From contig CAYLRT010000012.1 of the NCBI GenBank assembly GCA_964385885.1, positions 1-45,425 on the forward strand: a stretch of 45,425 nucleotides of DNA, written 5' to 3'. The position numbers and the translations under genes are program-made. The notes beneath the pieces were generated by a model. It did no database searches and had not been told where the DNA came from. It saw nothing but the letters and a program-made list of their open reading frames with translations. The stretch is from an uncultured Anaerolineales bacterium. Lineage in GTDB: Bacteria; Chloroflexota; Anaerolineae; B4-G1; SLSP01. Position 1 is the first letter of the stretch. Each line of letters opens with the position of its first letter. Shown here in pieces: positions 17,477-26,509 of this stretch.

Positions 17477-19576
17477 TCAGGGATAGCTTGAGAGCATGTA
17501 GCGGTATTGCGCTGGCTCCGTCGTGATAGGGGCCACTGCTGAAATCACTATGACGGCTCGATTCGTTGTGGCGTCAAAGGGCAGCACCCATCGACCGATG
17601 GATCCATTGTTGAAGAGAAGGCGCCGCACTTCCAGTGGGCGGTCACCGGAAAAGAGAACAGCCTGGACGATCCACTGCTGAGCCAGGACATTCGCGTGTC
17701 GAACGAAGCCCTCAGGTCTCCATGAGCCCTCTCCCGCTTCGACATCATCGAACAGGACAACTTCTCCATCGACGGTCAGTTGTATATCGTCCAAAGCCAA
17801 GCCCGGTTGGTTAACAGCAGCATCAGTTATGTACTCAAATCGAATCGCAATTTCCTGGCCTACGAAAGGTGTCAAATCTGCACTCAGGTACTTCCATCCG
17901 TCACTCTCACCTGTGAACCCGCATCCCAGGTTGCCATTGTTCGGGTTGCTCGTTGTACATTGCAGCGTTGCGTCATCCAGGATATGCCATGATATTGAGG
18001 GGTCACCCAGGTCCACTGGTATCCTCCCATTGGCCGCCGTGCCCACCACGACATAGGCATAGTCCCAGTCTGCTTCGATGTGATACCAAGCCCAGAACGC
18101 TAACTCGGCTTGTGTTGCTTTGCTGAGATCAAGAACGTAAGTCAGCCGGGAATCAGATTCATCAGCACGGTTGGACCACCACATGTACTTGCCGCTATGG
18201 GCCTCTGTCGCAAGCAGCCGTACCTGATCGCTACCGACGAAACTCAAAGTTAAGGGCTGGCGACTTTCGATCTCCACGTAATCCACGCCATACTGACTCA
18301 CTGTGCCCTCGCGCTGCTGAGGGTAATCGGTCGTCTTGTTGAGCTCTGCGTCGATGCGTGGTCTGCCCAGATCAAGGCTCTGGTAACCGTATTGGCCATT
18401 GTCCAGCGAGAGATCATCAATCAGGTTAGCGACAACCCAATCAGCAAACAGATCGAGGTGGGTCATTCCAGGCGCAATTCCGCTCTCCAAAGTGGCGTCC
18501 ACACTTTTCAAGCCGTTTTCTTTATGAGCGACAAGTGCCTTTGTGGCATCCTCCCCGAAGCGATCAAGAAAGTAGCTCATGAAGAGGTAGGCAGCTCCAT
18601 AGTGAGGTGCAGCAGCGCCGGTCACATCGAGTTCAGGCCATGTGTTGAGCTGGGTGTCTGGCTCATCTAGATATGCATACTCGCTCCCCCCAACATCATA
18701 AATGCCTCGTCCGCCGGGATAAGAGCGATCGTTCAGCTCCATGGCCAGCTCTGAACAGCCTTCGTTGAGCCATGTTGTCTCGTTGCGGTCGTTGTACCAG
18801 TGGATCATATGTTGAAACTCATGTGCAAGCACACCGTTGTAAAATGGATCGCCGACCTCTGTGCTACGTTCCACGTGGATATAGAACATTTCCATTTCGT
18901 TGGAGTCCGCTCGTGCGGCGCTTACATACTCATCGGCGCTTGAGAAGTACCCAGCTACTGTGTGGCCCAAATCGCGTGCGTGGAGAATACTAAGATGAGG
19001 ATCACCGTCGACACCCGGCGTCCACTCTGATCCAAAGAATTCCCGATTGGTGGGATAGGTGTGTTCTTCGAAGAGGTCTGCTGCTTCCTGGATTCGGTCT
19101 GGGTCAAGCCGCAGGCCCTTTTCGACCCACATGTAGACGTGTTCTGTCTTGTAGACGAGCTCCGCCTCGATGTCGAAGTTCCGGTTCTCGTCAAGATTTG
19201 AGACATGGAACACTCGCACGGTCCCAATAGGATAGTCCGGGCTCCGGGCAGCGGCGACCCTGGGGGTCTCAGGTGGCATCCCCAGGAACCGGATCGCGAG
19301 TTCATGCAGGTCTGACTCGGGTATTTCAGCAGCTGCGAGTGCTTGCGCCGTTTCCTCCGCCTCGTCTGGGAGTGGGCGAGGTGTGGGCAGGGGGCCGACT
19401 TCAAAGGGTTCCAGGGTGATCGAAGGGGAAACGGCAGTCGCGGGGGGATTGAAATCAACTTCTCTTGCGATGAGGATGGCGCTGATACAGGAACAGCAGG
19501 TACAAAAGCCCAGAGCGAGAACTACCACGACGATCGAAAGCGGCAATAATGGGCTACTTCTACGATCAATCCCCAC
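17477..19576 (-). CDS. membrane-anchored/secreted zinc metalloprotease (gluzincin-type HExxH...WLNEG)
   Basis: VLAHEFQHMIHWYNDRNETTWLNEGCSE. An N-terminal TM/signal anchor is present. The C-terminal region (WKYLSADLTPFVGQEIAIRFEYITD) resembles accessory domains of InhA-like proteases. AAGGAGA lies 8 nt before the GTG at 19576. Confidence 0.8.
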   Translation of the reverse strand: MGIDRRSSPLLPLSIVVVVLALGFCTCCSCISAILIAREVDFNPPATAVSPSITLEPFEVGPLPTPRPLPDEAEETAQALAAAEIPESDLHELAIRFLGMPPETPRVAAARSPDYPIGTVRVFHVSNLDENRNFDIEAELVYKTEHVYMWVEKGLRLDPDRIQEAADLFEEHTYPTNREFFGSEWTPGVDGDPHLSILHARDLGHTVAGYFSSADEYVSAARADSNEMEMFYIHVERSTEVGDPFYNGVLAHEFQHMIHWYNDRNETTWLNEGCSELAMELNDRSYPGGRGIYDVGGSEYAYLDEPDTQLNTWPELDVTGAAAPHYGAAYLFMSYFLDRFGEDATKALVAHKENGLKSVDATLESGIAPGMTHLDLFADWVVANLIDDLSLDNGQYGYQSLDLGRPRIDAELNKTTDYPQQREGTVSQYGVDYVEIESRQPLTLSFVGSDQVRLLATEAHSGKYMWWSNRADESDSRLTYVLDLSKATQAELAFWAWYHIEADWDYAYVVVGTAANGRIPVDLGDPSISWHILDDATLQCTTSNPNNGNLGCGFTGESDGWKYLSADLTPFVGQEIAIRFEYITDAAVNQPGLALDDIQLTVDGEVVLFDDVEAGEGSWRPEGFVRHANVLAQQWIVQAVLFSGDRPLEVRRLLFNNGSIGRWVLPFDATTNRAVIVISAVAPITTEPAQYRYMLSSYP

Positions 19577-19659
19577 GATATAGTCTCCTTACTTAAACGA
19601 AAAGCCCCGGGACACAGGCCACATCTGCATCACAGTCGGTGCCGCGTGGTGTGGCCAGC

Positions 19660-19687
19660 ATTATAGTCTTGTCGTTGATAGGATCAA
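19660..19687 (-). promoter_or_regulatory. putative promoter for the protease-murI array (TTGATC - 16 nt - TATAAT on the minus strand)
   Basis: The reverse complement of 19682-19687 is TTGATC and of 19660-19665 is TATAAT. The -35 lies inside the first copy of the tandem palindromic repeat. Confidence 0.45.
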
Positions 19688-19709
19688 GCCGGTTGATAGG
19701 ATCAAGCCG
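19675..19709. repeat. tandem direct repeat (2 x 18 bp, 17/18 identical), each unit containing the palindrome TTGAT-AGG-ATCAA
   Basis: TTGATAGGATCAAGCCGG (19675-19692) is followed by TTGATAGGATCAAGCCGT (19693-19710), in the divergent intergenic region. Confidence 0.85.
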
Positions 19710-19718
19710 TTGGTATTG

Positions 19719-19727
19719 TGCTATAAT
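19719..19727 (+). promoter_or_regulatory. extended -10 promoter element TGCTATAAT
   Basis: TGnTATAAT at 19719-19727. The first plausible start codons of the downstream gene are at 19726 and 19738, which implies a very short or absent leader. Confidence 0.4.
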
Positions 19728-19737
19728 GTCGTTGAGT

Positions 19738-22140
19738 ATGTACGCACACGCTAAAGCTTTCCCGCGGGCGATCGCCAAGCATGTCTCGCCTGTTAGCCAG
19801 GCCCTGTTAGCATTGATCTTTCTTGGGTTGTTCGTTGCGACGTTGGCACCGGGTACGATTTTTGGGGATCCCTCAGAGTACCAGTTCATTCCCGCCATAT
19901 GGGGCATTGCGCATCCTCCCGGTTATGCATTCTACACGCTTCTTGCTGGTGCATGGCAACGTGTGGTTCGGATTGGTACGGTAGCGTACCGCACAAATCT
20001 CCTCTCAGCTTTTGCCGGTGCATGGATTGTGAGCCGCGTTGTGGCTCTGGGACATTTGCTCTTGGCTGGCCAGACCGCGGAAGGCGAGTCGGCCCCTGAA
20101 TGGTGGAGTGCTGTCAGCGCGGTGCTCGGCGGGCTGGCTGTTGGACTGTCACCAGACGTGTGGCAGCATAGCATTCATGCCAACGCCCATATTGTCAGCG
20201 CAGCCATCACGGTGACACAGCTCTGGGTGCTGGTTGTGTGGTCTATGAGTCGCAAGGATGTGTGGCTGTACGCTCTGACATTCCTGGCTGCCGTAGGGGT
20301 AACGCATCACCCCATCACGATCTGGGGTATCCCGGCCTACGCCGCTTTCATACTGTTGCAGCGGCCGGGCATCCTGAAGCAGTGGCGTTTGCTGTTAGGT
20401 GTGCTGGCTGCAGGTCTAATAGGTCTGTCACCGTGGCTTTACTTCCCAGCGCGCAGCCCTCAAACCCCTTTCGGGCCAACTGATATGGCCACATGGAAGG
20501 GCTTCCTCCGTCATGCCACAGCTCAAGGCCTGCGTGTCAATCTGTTCCATTTCGGCCTTGCCGATCAACCCGATCGTTTGTTCGTGTTTGGCAATCTGCT
20601 GTCCCTTCAGTTCGGCATGATCGTGTTGGGGCTCGGCCTCTTGGGACTGATCTGCCTGATGGTGCAGCAGACACGCGTTGGGCTGCTTTGGACCTTTTAT
20701 CTGTTGGGGCATCTGATATTCACAATCAACAGCGTTCAGGACGTGATGGCTTACCTGCTCCACGTGTTCATCGCTCTAGGTCCTCTCATCGCGCTGGGGC
20801 TTATGGCCGTAGTCCGGTGGATTCGACGAGGAACATCCGTTTCCTGGCTGTCCTCCGTGGTGCCTGTTATCATCATAGGGCTTGTAATTGGGCGGGGGGG
20901 AGTGCTCTTACCCCGCATTACCTTAGCATCGTGGCGGGATGCAGATGACTTTGTGGATGAGCTCGCTGCCCGGTTTATGGGACGTGGTCAGGGGGCAAGT
21001 CTGGTCGCAGATTGGGAGCATCTGACACCGCTATTTTATCACTTATATGTTGAGCATCTGCCGCTGAATGAGTGTGATCTGCGTCCGATCTATGTGACCG
21101 GGGACCAACCCTGGCTCGAAAGCGTGCTTGATAATCTCGGAGAACGGCCAGTCTTTCTAACCAACTACAGACGAGAAGTACGAGGTAATGGCCTCCGGGT
21201 ACGCCCCGAGGGAAATCTGTGGCGTGTGTTGGAGCCACCTGCCTTGGCGCCCATCCGACCCGACCATGTACTCGATAGCGTGTGGGTCGACGACCGCCTC
21301 GAGGTCCTTGGCTATGACCTGTCAACAGATGTCGTTGAGCAAGGGGACTTACTCGTGATGACCTTGTATGCTCGTGTTCCTGTGGCCATCCCTGATATCT
21401 TGATGCCTTATGCTGATCTGGATGGCCATGAGTACCGTTGGACAACCGATAGCCGGCGGTTGACTCCAGACTGGCTGGCAGGCGAGATCATTGCTGAGCG
21501 CTACGAGATCCCTATCGCCCACGATTTCCCAGTTGGACCTCATACACTCAGTTTGGGATACTGGCAGATGACCGAGCCTGTACACGACTTGCAGTTTCAT
21601 GACGGGAGTCGCGAAATCGTCCTCACGACCATAAACGTCGTCCCATCCAGAGGGGCCCCCAGGCGTACCCGATGGGCCCGCGCGGCGATAGCGAATTTCG
21701 AGAATGAAGTCGCGCTTAGGAGTACGTGGATTCAATCTGGTTTCCAGTTTCGCGCGGGCCACTGGGACTCCCCTCTGCGTGTGCGCCCAGGGGACACATT
21801 GCACCTTACACTCTTGTGGCAAGCGCTCAAGCGGCCTTCGCGCAGCTACACGGTGTTCGTCCATCTACTTGACCAGCAGAGTAGACTCTGGCTGGGCCAC
21901 GACTACACCCCACTTGGTGGTGCGTACCCCTCGTATCTATGGTTTCCTAAATGGCTCGAGGGACAGCTTTTCGGTGATCCATATCGTCTTGACTTGCCTG
22001 ACAACTTACCACCGGGCTCCTATTTGCTTGAAGTTGGACTGTATGAGATGGGTAGCATTCGCCGGTTGGCACTCTTGGACGATGCGGGAACACTGAGCGG
22101 GGACCGCCTTGTCCTTGGCGCGATCGAGGTTTCTCCCTAG
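19738..22140 (+). CDS. DUF2723-family polytopic membrane protein (putative glycosyl/mannosyltransferase)
   Basis: GDPSEYQFIPAIWGIAHPPGYAFYTLL motif, about 11 hydrophobic helices, then a soluble C-terminal half. The track ORF starts at 19639 but would then include the promoter and repeat region. Confidence 0.8.
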   Translation: MYAHAKAFPRAIAKHVSPVSQALLALIFLGLFVATLAPGTIFGDPSEYQFIPAIWGIAHPPGYAFYTLLAGAWQRVVRIGTVAYRTNLLSAFAGAWIVSRVVALGHLLLAGQTAEGESAPEWWSAVSAVLGGLAVGLSPDVWQHSIHANAHIVSAAITVTQLWVLVVWSMSRKDVWLYALTFLAAVGVTHHPITIWGIPAYAAFILLQRPGILKQWRLLLGVLAAGLIGLSPWLYFPARSPQTPFGPTDMATWKGFLRHATAQGLRVNLFHFGLADQPDRLFVFGNLLSLQFGMIVLGLGLLGLICLMVQQTRVGLLWTFYLLGHLIFTINSVQDVMAYLLHVFIALGPLIALGLMAVVRWIRRGTSVSWLSSVVPVIIIGLVIGRGGVLLPRITLASWRDADDFVDELAARFMGRGQGASLVADWEHLTPLFYHLYVEHLPLNECDLRPIYVTGDQPWLESVLDNLGERPVFLTNYRREVRGNGLRVRPEGNLWRVLEPPALAPIRPDHVLDSVWVDDRLEVLGYDLSTDVVEQGDLLVMTLYARVPVAIPDILMPYADLDGHEYRWTTDSRRLTPDWLAGEIIAERYEIPIAHDFPVGPHTLSLGYWQMTEPVHDLQFHDGSREIVLTTINVVPSRGAPRRTRWARAAIANFENEVALRSTWIQSGFQFRAGHWDSPLRVRPGDTLHLTLLWQALKRPSRSYTVFVHLLDQQSRLWLGHDYTPLGGAYPSYLWFPKWLEGQLFGDPYRLDLPDNLPPGSYLLEVGLYEMGSIRRLALLDDAGTLSGDRLVLGAIEVSP

Positions 22141-22153
22141 AGAGACTTCCCAA

Positions 22154-22666
22154 ATGGAGGACCAGAGAACGATGGATGGCATTTTGATCCCTTGGGTTAT
22201 GGCGACCACTCTGTTGATGTTTCTGGCCGCGTACTGGATCTATCAACTCGAGCGGCGTGTACGCGATCTGCAAGACCGCTATCATTCAGTCGCGCAAGTA
22301 GCGATGGCTATGCTGGAGGAGCCGCAGGCGGCTGCGCTTCTACCACTAACGCAGCGGCTGGATACACTTGACCAACGTGCCCAGAAGCTGGAAGAGGGGT
22401 TTGCAGACGTGACGCGTACCCTTGCCCACACGGTGCAAGGGATTGGGATAGTGAGGTACAACGCGTTTGAAGGGGTCGGGGGAAACCAGAGCTTCTCCCT
22501 AGCGCTCGTGGATCCAACAGGCAGCGGTGCCATTGTGACAGGATTGCACAACGGCACAAGTATTCGGATGTACGCCAAGCCACTGGCCAATTGGAAGTCA
22601 TCATACAGTCTTAGCCCCGATGAGCAACGAGCGCTTGGGGCCGCTCGCCAGCACATGCAGGCCTGA
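22154..22666 (+). CDS. DUF4446-family protein
   Basis: One N-terminal TM helix, a coiled segment, then GIVRYNAFEGVGGNQSFSLALVDPTGSGAIVTGLHNGTSIRMYAKP, typical of DUF4446. The start is ambiguous among 22109, 22154 and 22172. Confidence 0.8.
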   Translation: MEDQRTMDGILIPWVMATTLLMFLAAYWIYQLERRVRDLQDRYHSVAQVAMAMLEEPQAAALLPLTQRLDTLDQRAQKLEEGFADVTRTLAHTVQGIGIVRYNAFEGVGGNQSFSLALVDPTGSGAIVTGLHNGTSIRMYAKPLANWKSSYSLSPDEQRALGAARQHMQA

Positions 22667-22673
22667 CTTCTGC

Positions 22674-22701
22674 TTGACATGTGCTGGCGTATCGCTATGA
22701 T
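22674..22701 (+). promoter_or_regulatory. putative sigma70-type promoter (TTGACA - 16 nt - TATGAT)
   Basis: Consensus -35 TTGACA at 22674-22679 and TATGAT at 22696-22701, about 110 nt upstream of the bactofilin ATG. Confidence 0.5.
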
Positions 22702-22813
22702 GCGGCTGCTTCGAGAGAAGCTAGCTTTGAGCACAGGGTTAACGTGTCCTTGAGTGAGTGATGAGTGACTGTCTCAGGTGAGGACTATTATTCTTGATCG
22801 GGGAGGATAGGCC

Positions 22814-23305
22814 ATGTCATTGAGGCGCAGTAAGGGGCAGGGTCAGGTCGCGGGAAGAGAGCTTCCGCCGGTGGCTCCGCGACAGGGGACAGCAACAGCG
22901 ATCGAATCGACCATCGGTCCCAACACACATGTGAAAGGAACCATCCAGGGAGATGGTGGCCTTCGCGTAGAGGGAATTGTGGAAGGGACTATCGAGTTGA
23001 CGGGCAATCTTGTGGTCACCGAGAGCGCCAAGATCCGTGCGAACATCAAGGCCAACAGCATTTCAGTGGCAGGCGCTGTCCAAGGGGACATTGCGGCAAA
23101 TCGAGTGGAGATCTTGGAAACAGGTCGGGTGTGGGGAGATCTGACAGTCAAGTCACTGCTGATCAACGAAGGGTCCTATTTCCGCGGTCAGACGCTCATG
23201 CCCCAGGACTTAAAACCGCCGCAGCTACAGGGACCCACACAAGCAGGCGCGAGCTCTGGCGCCGATGCCGGTACGGTGGTGGATGTCAAGGCATCACCCA
23301 AGTAG
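22814..23305 (+). CDS. bactofilin (polymer-forming cytoskeletal protein)
   Basis: Beta-helical repeat pattern IGPNTHVKGTIQGDGGLRVEGIVEGTIELTGNLVVTESAKIRANIKANSISVAGAVQGDI... with a Pro/Gln-rich tail. GGGGAGGA SD. Confidence 0.9.
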   Translation: MSLRRSKGQGQVAGRELPPVAPRQGTATAIESTIGPNTHVKGTIQGDGGLRVEGIVEGTIELTGNLVVTESAKIRANIKANSISVAGAVQGDIAANRVEILETGRVWGDLTVKSLLINEGSYFRGQTLMPQDLKPPQLQGPTQAGASSGADAGTVVDVKASPK

Positions 23306-23614
23306 TGTTTCTTGGGCGAAGTGGGGTGGGGAGGCCAGGTTATCGGAGTTCCTGTTCATGGCGCGATGGTCTGGCCTTCTCTCATGTGCCAGGGATGTTA
23401 AGGTGCCTAGGAGACCCGTCTTAACATGGTTGGACAATGATCCATTGACGGGAAGGGGAATTTCACGGACAATTGAGACAGCTGAGGGATGACAGCGGTG
23501 CTGCGCGTTGAGACTATGTCCGAGTTTGACCTTGAGGTATAATATTGATATCTACTGCTTGGGATGCTGTGCGGATTTGACTTGGGCTGACGATTGATAG
23601 TGTGGGAGGGCCAG

Positions 23615-23899
23615 ATGAAAATCACAGTAGAGTTCGCGGGGCTGGCGCGGGTTCTTACGCAGCAGTCTCAGATTAGTCTTGATGTCTCCGAGGAAGTGAC
23701 CTTCCGGGAGATCTTGCTCCGCTTAGCTGAGATGTTTCCACAGTTGGTAGGGGATGTGATCGATCCTACGCTTGGCACTCTTAGATCCTCCAATATGTTA
23801 AATTTGAACGGCAAGCGTATGATCCAGCCGTCTGAGATGGACACAAGCCCGCAGGAAGGCGATCGTCTCATCCTCATGTCCATTCTTGCCGGTGGATAG
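23615..23899 (+). CDS. MoaD/ThiS-family ubiquitin-like small protein ending in Gly-Gly
   Basis: 94 aa, MKITVEFAGLARV...EGDRLILMSILAGG-stop. GGGAGGG SD before the ATG at 23615. Confidence 0.8.
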   Translation: MKITVEFAGLARVLTQQSQISLDVSEEVTFREILLRLAEMFPQLVGDVIDPTLGTLRSSNMLNLNGKRMIQPSEMDTSPQEGDRLILMSILAGG

Positions 23900-24084
23900 T
23901 CAGAGCGTCATGGTTGCACGTCGAGGATGCACTTGCGAACCAGCGCCGGGATTGTCGTCGTGGCCGGCGGTTGCAAGGGCAAACTGCTTGCAGAATGTAG
24001 ACCGAACATCTCAAGTACGCCTCGACAAGTCTGCAGCAACTGAGATGAAGAGCCCTTACGTCTCATACCGAGAAGGAGGTTTCC

Positions 24085-25971
24085 ATGTATGGTTATCACG
24101 GGAAGATACTTCATATTGATCTGACAAATCGTGAGACTTGGGTGGAGGAGAAGCCGGAGTCCTGGTACAAGATGTGGATCGGCGGTGTAGCAATGGCGAC
24201 CCGTCTGTTGTGGGAAAACATCAAACCGGGATGTGACCCTCTTTCGCCGGAGAACCCGATTTGCATAGCGAATGGCATTTTTGCAGGCACCCCTGTGCCT
24301 GTAGGAGCGAAATATGGCCTGGCGTCTAAATCCCCACTGACGGGCTGGGTGGGGGATAGTCTCTCAGGGAGTTGGTTCTCGGTGGCACTGAAGCGCACGG
24401 GATGGGATGGTATTGTCATCCATGGGGCCAGCGAGAAGTGGGTGAACGTCTTCGTGGATGATGAACGTGTCCAGTTCCGTGATGCGGAAAAGTACCTGGG
24501 ATTGGGTACCTTTCAGACCGAGGAGGCGATCCGCGAGGATCTAATGGACGATCAAGTGCGTTCCGCGACTATTGGGCCCGCTGGTGAGAACCTGGTTCTC
24601 TATGCGAACGTCACCAACGACGGCCGCCAAGCCGGCCGGACTGGCCATGGCGCGGTCTGGGCATCGAAAAAGCTCAAAGCGCTATCGGTTCGGGGGACGA
24701 AGGGAGTGCGTGTTGCTGATCCAGAGACTTTGATGAAGTTGTCATTCGATATCATCCAGGCGGCCCAGGGCCCCCATACAGCGAAATATCGCATCTTAGG
24801 CACCGTGACCAACGTGCTCAACATGAACAAGCTCGGGCTACTGCCGACTCGGAACTTTCAAGAGGGTGTCTTTGAGCATGCGGAGCTGGTGAGTGGCGAG
24901 TATCTCGAGGAGCATCACAAAGTCAAGAAGATCGCGTGTGCGCAATGCCCTATTGCATGTGAGCAGGTCTCCGAAGCCAAACAAGGGATGTATGCTGGCG
25001 CCCGCACAGGTATTGACTATGAGTGTCTGTTTGCCAATGGCCCCAATTGTGGCATCAGCGACATGAATGCGATCATCAAGATGATTGATCTGTGTGACCG
25101 GGGCGGGATGGACGCGATGACCAACGGCGTTGTCGTCTCGTGGACTATGGAGTCGTTCGAACGTGGTGTGCTAAAGAAAGAAGACTTCCGATGCGCGAAG
25201 TACCCGGAGGGCTTCGAGCCGTACTTTGGCAATGCTGAAGCTGGCGTTACGCTTACCGAGATGATTCGCGATCGCGAGGGCATTGGCGCGTTACTCTCTC
25301 TGGGGGTGAAGCAAGCCAGCGAGCAAATCGACAAAGAGAGGGGCACGGAGAGCTACAGATGGGCTATGCACATCAAGGGATTGGAGAACCCCGGATATGA
25401 TGCCCGTGGTCTAAAAACCTTCGCTTTGGGGTTGGCTGTAGGCACCCGGGGGGGGTGTCATAACCGGACGGCTGCATACGATCCTGATATCAAAGGTGTG
25501 GTCGATCGCTTTTCAGTCGATGAGACCCGCGGTGAACTGGCCAAGAGCACGGAAGAGTATGCGGCAGTCTATGACACATTGCCTCTGTGTAAGTTCATTC
25601 GTCGATGTTTTACTGGCAAAGCGGATCGATCAGGGGCGTGGCCAGCGATTGCCCAGCTTATCAACGCCACGGTCGGATGGGATTTTGATTATGACGCGGT
25701 TGACCTGATCGGGGTGCGCGCCACAACCATCAAGAAGGCTTTCAATATCCGCGAGGGATGGACCCGTGATGACGATCATCTCCCGTATCGGACGCATCAC
25801 GACCCCATGACAAAGGGCCCCTCGGCTGGTCACGTCGTGACGAAAGAGGAGTTGGAATATCTCAAAGATCTCTACTACAAGGCCAAGGGCTGGACACCGG
25901 AGGGCTTGATACCGAAAGCCAAGTTGATTGAGCTCGGCATGGAAGATGTTGCCGAGGAAATCGGCGTCTAG
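24085..25971 (+). CDS. aor: tungsten/molybdopterin aldehyde:ferredoxin oxidoreductase family enzyme
   Basis: The N-terminus MYGYHGKILHIDLTN...WIGG...DPLSPENP and blocks KSPLTG, IGPAGENLV, GRTGHGAVWASKKLKA and ACAQCPIAC ([4Fe-4S] cysteines) align collinearly by eye with Pyrococcus-type AOR. AAGGAGG SD. Confidence 0.93.
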   Translation: MYGYHGKILHIDLTNRETWVEEKPESWYKMWIGGVAMATRLLWENIKPGCDPLSPENPICIANGIFAGTPVPVGAKYGLASKSPLTGWVGDSLSGSWFSVALKRTGWDGIVIHGASEKWVNVFVDDERVQFRDAEKYLGLGTFQTEEAIREDLMDDQVRSATIGPAGENLVLYANVTNDGRQAGRTGHGAVWASKKLKALSVRGTKGVRVADPETLMKLSFDIIQAAQGPHTAKYRILGTVTNVLNMNKLGLLPTRNFQEGVFEHAELVSGEYLEEHHKVKKIACAQCPIACEQVSEAKQGMYAGARTGIDYECLFANGPNCGISDMNAIIKMIDLCDRGGMDAMTNGVVVSWTMESFERGVLKKEDFRCAKYPEGFEPYFGNAEAGVTLTEMIRDREGIGALLSLGVKQASEQIDKERGTESYRWAMHIKGLENPGYDARGLKTFALGLAVGTRGGCHNRTAAYDPDIKGVVDRFSVDETRGELAKSTEEYAAVYDTLPLCKFIRRCFTGKADRSGAWPAIAQLINATVGWDFDYDAVDLIGVRATTIKKAFNIREGWTRDDDHLPYRTHHDPMTKGPSAGHVVTKEELEYLKDLYYKAKGWTPEGLIPKAKLIELGMEDVAEEIGV

Positions 25972-26017
25972 ACTGTTTGTCGACGAGACTCTGGATTAGA
26001 TGACAGGAGAGCGATCA

Positions 26018-26509
26018 ATGGCCTTACCTGCGACTTCGAAGTACAAATACATTACGTGTGACCCAGAGAAATGCATTGGCTGCCAGCTTTGCGAATATAT
26101 CTGTTCCTATACCAAAACCGGCGAGTACAATTCCTACCGCAGTCGGATCCGTACAGTACGGGTGGATGAAATCCTGATTACAGCGATTGCATGCCGCACT
26201 TGTGAGAATGCTCCATGCGTCGCTGTCTGCACGCGGGATGCACTGACCCAAGATCCAGAGACAGGTGTCATTCGTGTGGATGCAGAGTTGTGCGACGGTT
26301 GCGCTTGGTGCATCGAAGCATGCGATTTTGGCGCTATCTCCATCAATCCAGCCACAAAACTTGCAGAGATCTGCGATCTCTGTGAGGGAGAAGAAGACGG
26401 CCCTCAATGTGTAATTTGGTGCCCGAAGGATGCCCTGGAGCTAACCACACCGGAACAACGTGCTCAGAAGGCCCGACGCAAGCTGGCCACAGAAGAGGCC
26501 CTGCGCTGA
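26018..26509 (+). CDS. multi-[4Fe-4S] ferredoxin-like electron-transfer subunit
   Basis: Motifs CIGCQLCEYIC, CRTCENAPCVAVC, CDGCAWCIEAC and CDLC...C..WCP. AGGAGA SD before the ATG at 26018. Confidence 0.85.
   Translation: MALPATSKYKYITCDPEKCIGCQLCEYICSYTKTGEYNSYRSRIRTVRVDEILITAIACRTCENAPCVAVCTRDALTQDPETGVIRVDAELCDGCAWCIEACDFGAISINPATKLAEICDLCEGEEDGPQCVIWCPKDALELTTPEQRAQKARRKLATEEALR

Noticed and set aside
19593-19907. 104-aa minus-strand ORF, and the N-terminal extension (19639-19737) of the DUF2723 ORF, both covering the divergent intergenic region.
   Set aside because: Both would translate through the tandem repeat and the promoter elements. The translated repeat (LIGSSRLIGSSR) is an artefact of the 18-bp DNA duplication.
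23306-23614. Possible Moco riboswitch or promoter upstream of the MoaD-like gene: a TCCGAG match at 23519-23524, and TTGACC (23526-23531) with TATAAT (23538-23543).
   Set aside because: The -35/-10 spacing is only 6 nt, so it is not a functional sigma70 promoter. A single hexamer match is not evidence for the ~130-nt Moco motif.
23886-24119. 77-aa plus-strand ORF spanning the moaD-aor spacer.
   Set aside because: It has no SD, overlaps the aor start in another frame, and has no family features. The spacer is better treated as a non-coding leader.
24085-25971. Possibility that the AOR-family gene is a BamB-type benzoyl-CoA reductase subunit, given the Hdr-like neighbours.
   Set aside because: The sequence is collinear by eye with Pyrococcus-type AOR (MYG..G..L.I.L, KSPLTG, GPAGENLV, ACxxCPIxC). 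It is also shorter than BamB as I recall it. A phylogeny is needed, so I call it only an AOR-family enzyme.
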